A stretch of DNA of 64,000 nt from Strigamia acuminata (taxonomy: Eukaryota). Where the stretch lies: positions 6,758,001 through 6,822,000 of the forward strand of contig OX442314.1 in NCBI GenBank assembly GCA_949358305.1, given 5' to 3'. The notes below the pieces were generated by a model, which was given only the letters and a program-made list of their open reading frames with translations, had not been told where the DNA came from and did not search any database. Shown here in pieces: positions 1 through 13,200 of this stretch (position 1 is its first letter; each line of letters opens with the position of its first letter). The translations under genes and the position numbers were made by a program.

Positions 1-77
1 AATATAATTACCCCTAATTATATCTTCAGGTGATGCCGAATCACCACAAGGATAGTGATAAATAGACTGCATTACGG

Positions 78-263
78 AACAGTCAGAACTCTTTATAACG
101 AATCGCAAGGAACCAAAAAATCGATTCGTTATAACAAGAATTTGTTATATCGAATTTTTTTAACATGGTGTTCTATGGCCAGCCAACCAAACCAGCCATT
201 TTTAGGTATTCGTTGTATCGATAATTTCTTATATCGCAATTTGTTATAAAGAGTTTCAACTGT
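78..263. mobile_element. Small MITE (Tc1/mariner-like)
   Basis: CAGTCAGAACTCTTTATAAC / GTTATAAAGAGTTTCAACTG inverted ends. Confidence 0.5.
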
Positions 264-1824
264 AGTAACATCCGCGATGGTACAAGTCAAACAAACACAC
301 GGTACTACTGTATATCTTCCAATAACGCTCCGTGCGCTATTTGCAAATATATTTTTTACCCCGCGCGCAATTGGAGGCCCGCGCAGTATTAGAGGCCGCG
401 GACTATTTAAACCCAGGTTTTTATTAACGTATCTGCAACGAAAAAGACCAAAAAAGTGTGACAAATGAAACGTTTTGCATACGTTTCGGTAATTACGTTT
501 CATTTTCTGTCGAAACGTATGCAAAACGTTTCATTTGTCATCTTTTTTTGGCATATTTAAAAAATTTTGAGCCTCCAATTGTGCACCCACGCGCAATTCG
601 AGGCCAGCGCTTTATTGACACCGATAATATTTCCCCGCGCGCAATTGGAGGTCCGCGGTAACCGGCGTCACTAACACACACCGCCCTACAGCCCCAAAGT
701 TGTCCCCTTTGTGGGTGGACCAAACTAGTATGGGGGAGGAGGGAGCTGAGTGGTGTGATGAGAGAGAGATGTGAGAGAGGCAGAGAGAGGAGCCGCGACC
801 ACCGAAGAGACGAGACGTGTCCAAGGCCTGACATGAGCAAGAGCAATCCTGCCCTGTGCTGACTCTGCTCTCCTCACCATTTACCACAGAGACGCTCAGT
901 GGTATGGCGTGCAGCCTCCTTGGGTGGCTGCGTGGGTCGTACTAGGTAAGTACGACATGAATGTTGTGTTTAACCGACCTCGTCACCCATGGGGCTCACG
1001 CCCTGTGTGTGACGGGTCGGTTGCCGGTGCGGTGTGCCTACTTGGCTCCCCTGCAACGGGTGACGGGACTATCCAACCCCTAGACAACGATATTAAAGCT
1101 AAACAACCAGCAATATGGAGTCTCTTGTCATTATTACATGAGTATGAATCCCAAACCAGAATAACTAGACCCCAGGTAACCTTGGCCAAGACCACACCAG
1201 TCACAAGATATGAACTCTGGTTTTCATCAGAACACTGCTTTTTGTTTGTTTCTCTGATCTAAGCTTAATTGCAGGAAGGCGAACCTGTGGTTAATCGTCC
1301 TCGGTCATATTATCCCCAAAGGGTAGAAAAGTCACAACTGAAAGAAATTTATTTTGTAAATTAACTTTCTTTATTTGTGTATAAGGACAACAATGACATT
1401 CCCAAACGTAATCCTATAATACTACCCACATCTCTTATCAATTGCGATACTGGATATGCCTGTTTCTCTTCTATAATCTGTGTTAAACAATTATATCGTG
1501 AATCAAAAACAATGCAAATAGAAACAATTTTGCAAAAGTGTTTATTACAAACTACATTGTAATACGTCTCAGATGTGCTTATAGTTGACAGGACATTGTT
1601 GCAGACATGGCTGAAAAATTTGTAGTGAGTTGGTCATGGTTTGAATTGTTTTTATCCAAAGTTTGGAAATTTGTATTCTGTTATAACTAGAATAAACCAA
1701 GGTTTTTCAATGTGCTGTCATCTATATGCCAACAGCACACTTTTGGACATTTGAGTTTTTTTCTTCAGGTTAATTTAGATGTAAGGAATTAATTAGAACA
1801 AAATTTTTCCAAATGGATATATGG

Positions 1825-1930
1825 TCTCAAGGACTGTGCGAAGGTGGGTTGAACAGCTGCATAGCTGCACAACAGGATATTCTTTCAGATGTGCACCGTG
1901 CAGCAAGGGCTCAATTCGCTGAAGTGCTTC
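1825..1930 (+). pseudogene. Short Tc1-like transposase fragment
   Basis: LCEGGLNSCIAAQQDILSDVHRAARAQFAEV, nearly the same as the 30400-30500 minus-strand copy. Confidence 0.65.
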
Positions 1931-2029
1931 GTTCCTGCTACATCTTTTTCTGTTGGTTGGTTTTCTTGTTGGTTCTCTCCGGAACTGCGTGCACTTTTAA
2001 GGAGGAAGAGATGTTTCCATTGTAGATAT

Positions 2030-4435
2030 AAACGGTCCCGTGTTTTTTATCACTATCTTACTTTTTCTTTCTTGCGCTACCAGGTTAAGATTATTATGAA
2101 GCGGGATTATGCTAATTATTTTGACTATTTGGCTACAACTGCACGGACTGATCCTTCTGTTTTTTTGGAAGCTGTTTGTTAAGCTGGGGTTTCGTGAGGC
2201 TCACTTTGATATTTCTTTGCTGGTTAACGATGTCTTGGTCTCGGATCTATAGGTTTTGGGTAACACATTCGCTAATTAGTTTTTGGCCCTTGTAACGATG
2301 ACCCGCTTGGTGGTTTTCCTTATTGTTGCGGGTCCAATCGTGTTGATCTTCCTTTGGTCTCTCTCTGATTTGATTGATGCAGCTAAGAAATTGTGCCCTA
2401 AGAAGTCCTTGGGTCCAGAGGATATCCCTTCCTTTATTTTGAAGGGCTGCGTTGAGGTTTTGAGTGTTCCGCTGCTCTATATCCTTAATCTTTCTGGTAT
2501 TTTTCCTTCGGGGTGGAGGTGTTCCACGTTGACCCTGGTCTTCAAGGGTGGTTCTCGCCTTGATGTTGGAAATTATTGCCCGGTTTCAATGTTGTTTTCC
2601 ACCTCTAAACTTCTTGAATACGTCGTCTTGGGTTCTAGCGAGGATTGATGATAATCTATCTTGATTTTGCCAAGGCTTTTGACTTGGTTGACCATTATAT
2701 TTTACATAAAAAGTTGAGTTTCTAAGGTTTGAGTGACCGTTTTGTGTCCTGGTTTACCTCTTTTCTCGGTGGTCGTTTGGTCGGGTCCGGTGCAATGGCG
2801 TCCTTGGTTCTCTATTCAACGTTTTTGATGCCGATGTTCCCCACGGCTCTGTTTTGGGCCGATATTATTTAAGATTTAGATTAATGATTTATCTTCTTTG
2901 CTGTCGGGGTGTTTCCAGTCATTTATTGCGGACGACACCAAGATTGGGAGATCGATTGACGTTCTTGGCGATTGTTTGGCTTTGCAGCGTGTTTTGGTGG
3001 CGGTCAAGTGATGGGTGGTGATGAATTAATGGATTCCAATCACTTCGGCACCTGAATTGGCGCCGAAATGAGGATGTTTCCCAGCTTTGTTTCATTCTGT
3101 TCTATTTTTTTGTTCGCTTGTTTTGTCGTCAATCATTTCGTCGCTAGTCATTTCGTCGCCAAATGTTTCGTCGCCGATAACCATGAACGTTACGATACTG
3201 TACGTAACTTCAGTGACTTCGAGGTTGCTACACTTAATGCAGCCCAGGAAAGCTTCCCTTACACAACCTTGCATGGCTGTTTCTTCCAACTTGCGCAAAG
3301 CATTTACCACCATGTCAAGGCTCAGGGTCTGCAGACTAGATACACCAAGGACAAGGATTTCAATATGGCAGTTTGGCAGTTAGCGGCTCTGTCATTTCTG
3401 CTTTGTAACAGAATCTAGCCAACGTACAGACAGCTAAAACTGCTGTTTGACGCTGATCACTCTAAGGAGGGAGCAAGCAGACACAGAGACAGTGATGGAA
3501 TTGATTATTTGCCGAGTACCGAGGCCAAAGAAGAAGGGCAAGTTCCTATGCCGGAAAGCATACCTATTGTACAAGAGGTAATGGCAGAAGTAACCGGCGA
3601 CGAAATGACCGGCGATGAGAGGATCGGCGCCGAAATGACCCGCAAAAGTCAGCAGTAAAAAAAAAGGTTTTTGCCTTAAGACTACGGAAAAATCTGTGCC
3701 GAAATGACCCGACTTCGAATTAATGCTTCCAAGTCGGTTGCTATGTCCTTTACCCACAGGGTTACTCGTATTCTGTATCTGAACATCTTGGTTGGCTTGC
3801 TTCTTCCTAGAGGTACTTCTCAGTGTGTTTTGGTCGTCGTTTTTAATTCATCATTGGACTGGGTGCTCGGAGTCACTTGTTGTTCAATTGGAGGGTATTC
3901 AACAGCGATTTACGCATCTTGTGGACCGTCGCTTTTTTCGCTCCACTATTTATAATTATGATATTGTTAAGACACTGAAGCTTCCTACTATTAAATCTTT
4001 TTTTGTAATGCAGGATGTTTTGCTTGTCTGTGTTTTTCTTTGCCTTAATTTATGGACATGTTCATTCCCCACATCTTCTGGGTTTGCTGAAATTTTATGT
4101 TCTAGTCTATTACACTCATGCTCATCTGACTTTTGTCCCTTCTCCTGTTGATTTCACTTAACGTTTGTGTGTCAATGTGAATAATTTGTCGAGTACTATT
4201 GTTATTTTTAATGCCATTTAATGACTTTAAGTGTGCTTTGGTTGCTTTATTTGACTAGTTTGTTGTTGCTATTTTTCTTTTTTTCATTTTGTTTTTACTC
4301 CGTTTTTATTTTCTTTTTTTGCAAGCCGGTTACTGCTTCTTTGTTTCGTCCTGTCTCTCCCCTTGTAGGCGTTTGCTGTTGGGAGGGACAGGACTACTTT
4401 TTGTAAACTCAATAAACTTTATTATAAAAAAAAAC
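2030..4435 (+). mobile_element. Degenerate non-LTR retrotransposon (LINE, Jockey/CR1-like RT) interrupted by a Mutator-like insertion
   Basis: KSLGPEDIPSFILK..GIFPSGW..VFKGG..NYCPVS (2283-2648), DFAKAFDLVDH (~2662), PHGSVLG, ADDTK; continues after 3717 (INASKSVAMSF); ends in AATAAA plus A-rich tail at ~4411-4435; boundaries approximate. Confidence 0.8.
3031..3716 (+). mobile_element. Internally deleted Mutator-like (MULE) DNA transposon
   Basis: MULE transposase fragment SDFEVATLNAAQESFP..HGCFFQLAQ (3180-3410); imperfect TIRs with subterminal TTTCGTCGCC repeats; 8-bp TSD GAATTAAT (3023-3030 / 3717-3724). Confidence 0.82.
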
Positions 4436-7400
4436 AAAGAAAAAAATCAATTTATTAAAAATGTATTTGTAAAATCAATTTCAACTTTGAAAGCAGAAAT
4501 GATTATTTTTTTAAGCTTCTTATTTATTTCTTATTTAAACTTCTTTAAAAACTAATTGTTAGATTATATAATTTTCCCAATCAGAATTGATTCTTCTTTA
4601 TGTAAGAGCCTATTACATGCTAAGAAGCACACATTCCATTTTCGTTGCTTTATTAAAGTTTTGCTTCCAAAAATAATTTTCCCTCCTAATTAACGCCATT
4701 GCTGCTCACACTCTAATATCGTTAAATGCGCGTTTCGTCACATGCGCAAACGAAGTTCATGCTTGCGTCTGATGCGCATAAATTGGTTTAAGTACAAAAA
4801 TCCTTGAAAAATCCAATAAAACCCCCACAACCCGAACACCACCTAAACAATTTCTTTGACATCTTCTTTCTTCATCTTCCAGCTAAGCTAACTTATTTGT
4901 AGGAATGTTTTATAAAGTGAATTCAAATGTGACATGCAGGAGTCCAGCCTTGGATATAAAAAAGTTCCTTACCTGCTCGAGCTCCGGCACCAGAACGAGT
5001 CTTTTCAACGCCAACCACCAGATGGTGCAAAAACTAATTGATTTTTTTGTGACATCACAAGAGTTTGAGAAATTTATAACTAGACACGAGCAACCGATTA
5101 GCAAACATGGCTGCCTGCCTGCCGAGAACTGTGTTCGAATTGCCATTTGAACAATTTCAACACATTTTCATCACAATTGACAGATAAATATTAATCTCAT
5201 TTATTTTATCTGTATTCTTTAGATTTAAAATTAGTTGCTTTGTGATCTGTTTTTTTTTAGCAATCAGCAAAAAATCTACATTTGTCATGCCAAAACTGCA
5301 CGGCACACACATACTTGTTTCCACTAGCTTATGAGAGCCCTATCAGTGGACATACATTATGAGAACCACAAGTTCTAATGTATGAATTAAAAAATGCTTA
5401 AAGGGATTTGATCAGGATATTAAATCAAACACAGCTGTGATTGTGATTTTTTGTCCAGAAAAATAACATATAAATATAATGTGAAAACCAAACGAAGATC
5501 CGCCAGCTAAATAAGAACCAGCAATAATACACAGTGACTATATGAAAACATAAATTGATACACTGGTATAAGTGTGACGGTTTATAGATGTTATTTAATT
5601 AATATCACAGCCGAAAACCTACATTATCGGTAAAACCCGCATTTGTCAATGCTCAAATTCGCCACTAGATGGCGCGATCGCGATTTAGCGGTAAATTCAA
5701 AATGAGAGATAAAATCTTGCAAATAAATATAAGAATATATTTATTAAGAAAGAAACTGTCACGTTATTAATTTTAGATGTTAGAATTAATGAGACTTGAA
5801 TTCGCGCAAACGTTGGTTTGGCGCAAATAAGTGGGCTAGTTCGCAGATTTACTCGTATTAGGCCGTCGTCAAGTTAGGACATCGGACGGTGAATAAACCT
5901 AGACTCGCTGTAACACCATTATTTATATTCGACGGGCTCAATCTCACGTTGTAGGTCTTTACGTTTAAAAAGGAATGAGTATGCGCAAATAACATGATCA
6001 AGCGGGTGGGCGAGAATGTCATAAGGCATGCGAATTAAAAGGTGGGCAAAAAGAGGCGCTATTAGGTGTTAAATAGAGGTGTGCTGTTTAGAACGCAATG
6101 TTAAATTAAAGGTGACTACTCAGCTCAGACTTAAGGTGTTAACCGTTTGAAAGAGTGATGAGAAGTGAGAATATTTATGAAAACGATTATTAGGTGAACA
6201 TGAGTCACATGGTCAGGTTTATAGAAGTGGGTGAGGGGGTGAAAGGTAGAAACTAAGGTTGATTGTTGAAAATAATAAGATGCGCTCTGTGAAGATGCGC
6301 ATATATTTAGAATGACTCATCTTAGCTAGATGAAAATAAATAAATGAATAAAAATTATGAAAAGTTTAGAACGCAAGTGAAACTGGGAAGCACGTAAGTA
6401 ATGAAAATAATGTAGAACAGGCAATTGTTTTAATGACACCAGGTCGGATCACTTCACTGAATCACGTTTCATCGAATTCTCTTTTTCTCTCATTTTTTGA
6501 AATGTGGGTAAAAGGGGGTTATTTCATCGAATTCTTAATTATGCGGTACGTTTTTACACCACCGATGATAAAGTGGGGCGCGGAAGATCGCCTTTCTAAA
6601 AAATGGGTCGCAATGCTAAAAAGTTTGGTAACCCCTGGTTTAGAGTTTATGGTTGGGGACTTTATTCCCTTCAACGCTGGTTTCCTTTGCTTTCTAATAA
6701 TTTAGGGTAAAGGGTGTGTATAGTGACTGACACTCAATAGTTTTATTAGTTTGGCTAACAGGACTTAAACGATTAATTCTTTTAGCAATATTTTGATGGA
6801 AACTTGAAAATATCAGTTTTTTTCATTGCCTTTCTGTACTTACAGTTTCCAAGTTGCATTCCGTGGATCCGTGGTACTCGATCTGTTTCGTCTTGCCACA
6901 GCAATGCATTATATTGATGTTGTCTGTCGGGAGAATATTTTAATATTAATGACAGCTGAAATAAATTATCACTATGGCACGAATCATTGAAAAGGTGGTT
7001 TCAACTACCGGTAATCACCAGTTGAATGTCAGGAAACCTATCATTAAAAATTTTTTGAAAGACATTCGTCAGAAGAAATAATGATGTTTACCGGTAATGA
7101 CTATGTTGTGCACGTTTCTTCTCCAAACATGTTGTTGAAAATTTCTATTGACATTTTTTGTGTCAGCATATTCGACGACGCAAAATGCCATTTTGTCATT
7201 TTGTAAATTTCAGAAAAATTTATTAAATTTTGTTAAGAAATTATGAAAAAAGTATTAAAATTTGTACGTTTTTGTTTAGGACTTCGTGCTGTACAATTTA
7301 AATATCAACGAATATTGAGTTGCGTGTTAAAAGTGTCAAAGTGTGAAAAAAAAATTAAAGGTAAAAATCACCTGTAAAAATTAAATGGACGCATGAATGA

Positions 7401-8046
7401 CCAGTAGAGTGGTTGAAACACTGTTGATCTAAAACGTACTTTGCCAGTGGTTAACATTGGCTAGGTGTAGAAGAGTGACATTGTCACCTAAAGGTGATGG
7501 TGTCCAGATGAGATCCAGATGACAAGTGACAAATAGAATGTTAAAAGGCTAGAAATCACCTCTGATCGCATGATTAGCGGGACTTAACTATTATGTGAAT
7601 AATTAAATTAGAGAGGAGGGGAAAGGTAGAATGAGTCATTAAAACATAAAAAAATGAAAAGTTAGAGAAATATAAGAGTAGAAATAATGCGCAAATCCTG
7701 CACATGAATAGATTAAATAGAGATGCCAAAATGCATGATTGTGACAAGTTTTATTTCCTAATTTGTCTTGACAATGTGCATTGACAAACAGTAGATTAAA
7801 ACAGCGACCAATCTGACCCAAACTCACTTGTCAGAATAGTTGTAATCTAATTTTAAAATTTTTTTAATAAGCAATCTACGTAACATTTAGCCTTGACCAA
7901 CTGTGCGTGAATCGATGTGGAGAGTGGAGAACCGATCAAAGCGTGTGTGCCAAACTATCACCAGGCGTAGTGGCTACAGTTGTATCGAATTGTGTGTATG
8001 TCAACATTATCCGGGCCTTTCCAGTTTGTATTTTATTGGCATCGAT

Positions 8047-8895
8047 TTAAACACCCCCCATTTTGGCTTAATTTCCCCCCTAAGTTCAACTTAATTTTCC
8101 CCCAACCAAAACCCCCCAAACTTGACTTCCCCTTATTAATGTATTTCCCCCCCAACCCATTTTAACCCCAATAATTTCGAAGGTACCCCCACGTAATCCC
8201 AATGTTATAACGTCTTCTCACTGTGTACACAAGGCCCTCTTCGCTTTAGCTGGCCGTCCGCGCTTCTTTTTTTGGCCAATGGGAATGGTTTTTGCCTCCA
8301 GTGGCACAACAAGCAAGTTCTCGATAATTGCTATTCCAACAATGTGCTTACAAATGTAAATCTTTGCAAACACGGGGCATGTACAAGTTCCCGTACTCCA
8401 TGCAGCATTTGTAATGCTAACCTGCCACACACTACTTCTCGGGTGTAGGTATGTGTCGAATCGGCGCCAACTTTTCCGCTCCTCTTGACGCAGGTATGTG
8501 TTAACACTGGTGTTGGTTAAATTCGGCTGTCCACCAGGGGTGACATAGTAAAACCTTAACATTATCTTTTCACGGACAATCATGCTAGGTTTTGTTCGTT
8601 TCCAGTTATAACCGTCTGTGTAGTGCTGTAAGGTAACCGTTGGAGTAAGAGCAAACTTCTTGACATTGACAGATTCCATGTGCCTTTCTAAAGACCAACA
8701 TTTCATACGTAGAGGGTGGTAAAAAATTTGTTGGGGGTTTGTTTAAAAATAAATGGGGGTTGTTTGGTTGGGGGGGAAATACTATAATAGGGGAAATTAC
8801 AGTTAGGGGGGTACTTTAGTTTAATTGGGAGAGTTTGGATGGGGGGAAATAAAACCCACTTTAGGGGAAATCTAGCCAAAATGGGGGTTAAATAA
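8047..8895 (-). mobile_element. MULE-like relic: SWIM zinc-finger transposase C-terminus between degenerate inverted repeats
   Basis: ORF 8218-8706 contains CTCPVFAKIYICKH (SWIM) and KKRGRP; C-rich 8047-8175 and G-rich 8722-8895 are imperfect reverse complements (CCCCCATTTTGGCT.ATTTCCCC). Confidence 0.65.
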
Positions 8896-9368
8896 ATAAA
8901 AATAAAGGTGATCAATTAAACCAATCTTACACATTTTCACTTTGAAAGAGCGAAAATTCTTATTAAAAGTATATATTTATTACCATACGGTTTCTTAACT
9001 CATAATCTAAAATAAAAATTCGAATTCGGGGAATGCTGCGGGATTTTCACAACTGGTCAGATCCGCAACTTGTCGAATGGATTTCACGTAGGAAATCTAC
9101 TAGTCCAACTCTTTCTTTAGAATAGTTTTCAACTATTTAGCAATTTAGTCATTATCGTTTTGCGCGTGCCCCGACTTAAGATTCTGCTGTTGGCAGTGGA
9201 TCTCCAGGCTGTGGGTCTCCTAGCAGAAATTACATAACAAAATACTGGTACCTCACGTCTAAGCTGTGATATTTCAACAATTTGTAGCTACTGTTAGAGA
9301 GTTTTGTTACAATATTTAATGTGTTAGAGATTAAGTTGATTTGTGGAACGAGTTTGTTATTATTAATG

Positions 9369-10188
9369 TGTGGTGACCCAGTTGGATAGGTGTCCCCCCA
9401 GGGCGGATACTTGTCCTATGAGTCACTATGATTAAAGAGTCGTTCCCCCCCGAGTTGGCTCCACCTCCCCATGGCAGGTGTGTGCCCCGAGGGGGAGGAA
9501 GCGGCTGGTGGTCAGCCCCCATTGGTTGATCGCCGGCCCTTCACCCCACTGCATAAAAGGCTGTGTTTCCCGCCTAAAGACAGAACTTACACAAACGACA
9601 CCAAGAACACAGCAACTACCTCACCGTCAGGCCAACTTCAACTACAAGTTAGGATTGATCGAGGATCGCTGAGTAAAGTGCAAACTGTAACTCTCACGAA
9701 GTCACTTGCGAGCTATTCCTGCGAAAGCACGAGAATAGCCCTTGTGAAATCACCCAGAATAATCGCCCAGACGATTATTCGCCGAAGTAAGTGTCCGAGT
9801 GCTTTGTAGGGAACCCCAAAGTTCCTAGACGAGGCCTCTGCGACGCTAAACAAACCCTAGACAACAGGCACGGATAGAAGACTCGAAAGAGCATTCCACC
9901 GCGTCCGTGAAGACGAATCCGTGACGAATTAACGACAACTCGAGACGCCGCCTTTGTTCCGCCGACCACGCGGAATCGACGACGCCATCTTGAGAAATCC
10001 TTTGTTCGACGCTGACCACGTCGACTCTAGAATTATTACTGAGTGTATTTTAAAGGCATAAAGCCTGGTGAATAAATTACCTGTTTATTTACATACATTT
10101 GGTATTCATTTGGGTATTTACATAATTGATCACAGGTAAAGTATTACACGTTAGCGCTATTTAAACCTATACCAAGTAGGACGCGACA
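9369..10188 (+). repeat. 5' LTR of the Gypsy element
   Basis: Starts TGTGGTGACC, ends CGCGACA; same length as and apparently identical to 21418-22237 (ORF-track translations of both copies match); TATA-like GCATAAAAG at ~9551 and AATAAA at 10071. Confidence 0.96.
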
Positions 10189-10190
10189 CG

Positions 10191-10208
10191 TGGGGGCCCG
10201 TCCGGGAT
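10191..10208 (+). promoter_or_regulatory. Primer-binding site complementary to the tRNA-Pro 3' end
   Basis: TGGGGGCCCGTCCGGGAT, 2 nt after the LTR; one mismatch to the canonical tRNA-Pro PBS TGGGGGCTCGTCCGGGAT. Confidence 0.92.
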
Positions 10209-10282
10209 TTAGAAATAAATCTCAAATCTGAACTTGTGATCTCTCAATAAGATAACCCAAATCGTAGAATTACCGAAAGAAA

Positions 10283-13200
10283 ATGTCAGACAAAGACGAG
10301 CAATCCACGTCTGAAACCGAGCAGAGAATGCCCGAGAAGGGAAAAAGGACCTCCGACTACCACCTGAGATCGGATGGTCCCGTCCCTGAAATGTCCGCAA
10401 AGGCGAAAGCCCGAGCGAATAAAAGGAGAGCGAAGGCGCAGAAAGAGGAGCAAGCTGCATCGCTCGCGGCCCTAGACGGGCCAGAGCGAGAGCGGGTTCC
10501 CTTGAATATGCAACCCTTCGAAGATACCGATCCGGAAGCCATAGAAAATCGAGAAGAAATTCGCGACGTATCGCCAGGACGAGTATCGATATTGATGACC
10601 GAGGAGACGAATGAAGCTCCGAAAATAACGGTCACGATCGGCACAGACCCATCGCCACCAACGGCTCAGACGTCCGTAAAACAAACCCCACGGAAAAACG
10701 ACGGCGGGACCCCGATAACCCCCCGAGTTACGGCGAGTCCTGCAGTTGTTTCCTTCGAAGTATCTCACCTAATTCGGTTGACGCAGCAAGCTGCCCAGCT
10801 AAAAGCGATGATAGACATTCCAGTAGGAACGTCAGTCTGGGAATCGATTACCCTACTCACTGACGCTATCTGTGCGGCACAAGCCCCGACGCCGGTCGCA
10901 AGACCAGCAGCGGAGACGCCCATGCCCCAGGTAACGCCCAGTGACACCGGAGGTTTCGCGCCAGACCCCAACCGAACACTTCACGAATCCAGAGAGAAGG
11001 CCCGCGAGGAAGCCAGACAAGAAGCGACTAGTCGCCAACGAAGGCTGAGCGCAGAGCGGCGAGAACTCTGGAAGGAAGAGGAAGAAAGGGAGCAACGCGA
11101 GAGAAGAACCACCGAGAGAACAGAGAAACTGGTCCAAAAAATGAGGGAAGAACGAGAAGCTAAAATTCGAAAAGAATGGAACGCAACAGTAGAAGGGCGA
11201 CATCGAGAAGCTCAAGAGTACGAGGACCAATTTCAAGCGCTAATAGCTCAAAGAAAAACAGAAAAACTACAAATGTTGCGAAAAGAGGCCATTCTACAAC
11301 ATCAGAAATGGGAAGAACAACATCGCGAGAGGTTGAGAGAAGAGGAAGCCAGAAAAGAAAAAGAACAGTTTCTGAAAGAGAAAGAAGAGTGGGATCGAGT
11401 CAGATGGACCGAAGAGTACAAAGCGAAGAAACAAGCTATAATAGATGAGCAAAAAAGATGGGAAGCCGAAAACTGGGAGAAGGAGACAGAAAAGTTCCAG
11501 AAAGAGTACGCACAAGACGTCTCGGACAGGAAGAAAAATGAAGAAAACCTGAAACGGAAACCAGAACCCCCCAGCGGCTCTGATACCGACACAGGAGAAG
11601 GTGCAACAAAGCCGGCAAAAACGGCGAAAAGGGGGAAATCTCAAAAGAGAGACGAGTCGGTCCCAAAAACAAAGGACCGTCACCCCTCAAAAAGATCCGA
11701 GACGGGAGCAGCCATCGACGCGTTACTCGAAAAGAAAAACGCAAATAAAAATCGGGAACGCCCCGAAAGCGAGGAAAACAGATGGCATTCTTTTTACGAG
11801 AACAACGACGGAGGGGAGCCGCCGCCATCCGGAGGCTCGAAACAGAAGAAGGCTGGCGGAGAGACCCCACCGAGAGGGCCGAGGTTTCACCCCCAAGGAG
11901 ATCCCTCCGAGCCCTCCGATTCGTCGGACGACGACCATCCGAGTCGACCGTCTACAGGGAGGAGTCAAGAAGACAGCGATGGGCACCGGTCGAACCGGCC
12001 GAATGCTTCAGACCGCTCCTCCCGGAGCTCCAACCCTCGTTCGGAGGAAGGGAACTTTCAGGACTCATCTGGCCGACATTACACGATGTCTGAGCTAGGC
12101 CGAGCCCTGCTGAACTCTTTCAGAAGAGAAGGAATAGATCTAGGCCATCCAGGCGACGAACATAATCGCGCCGGAGAGAGGGTTAAGCGCAAATATGGCG
12201 TACGAAACGAACCAAGCAGCGAAGCCACGGGTAACATCCGTTGGCAACACTACATACAAACACGATTCGACGGTTCGTGGAAGGCCGGAGACCGCTTCCT
12301 AGACGAAGTAATGCGTATCAAGAAAGCGACAAAAGCCACCGTCGCCGACATGCTAACCCACGGTCTAGTGGAGCTAACCACGGGGTCAGCTCGAGAATGG
12401 TATCAGGGACTGAAAAACCCAACCTGGGACGATTTTCTCGTCCGTTTCGATCTCCGATACGGCGAGACTCCAGACGAGATCAGTAACAAATTACGTGGTC
12501 TACGGCAAGCCCCAGGAGAAACATTAGCCGACTACGACGCCCGAGCGAAACTCCTGTTTGCAAGAGCGCCGTACGAAATAAACCCCGCTGGTTTTACGAT
12601 GATCTTTTACGGAGGATTATCGGCCCACTCGCAAAGAATTCTGCTAGACATGCGTGCACCCCGCACTGGCGATTACCAAGATGTCAGTAACTATCTTCTA
12701 ACAAACACGTTAGAAATAGAACAGCGGTATTACGCCACTCTGCCCCCGGAAGAAGCTGACGCGCACGAGAAGCGGTTGCAGACGAGCGCCGAACGCCACA
12801 AGACCTCAGAAAAATTAATGAGGCCAAGTGAATATTTGAGCGGCATAATGAGTCTCACCGAAGCATCCTTCGGACGAATGCTGACGCCTAAAGCAGGCAG
12901 TATTCTTCCAGCCAACCCGATAGCTGCCCCAAAGAAAGCACCGGCAGCGACGGCGATGCAGGTGACCTCGACGGACTCCACCCAGATGGAGAAAGTCGAA
13001 GAGACAACACCTCTCGCCACGGCTAAAGAAGAGGAGCCAGCATCGAGCGACGAGGAAGCCCTAAATGAGCACCTCGAAAACTTATCGACGGGATGCGACG
13101 ATCAAGGTCCCTATTTGCACCATGCACACCGGGCCTTGGCAATCACACAATTCAGAGCACACGTGCAAGCAACAAAAGCGAGAGGAGCATTGGGAGGAAA

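Noticed and set aside
660..1205. Possible solo LTR on the minus strand
   Set aside because: Composition is suggestive (TGTGAC start), but no clear CA end or TSD could be found.
9471..9969. Short ORFs in the LTRs (duplicated at 21520-22018)
   Set aside because: They only reflect LTR duplication; no recognisable motifs.
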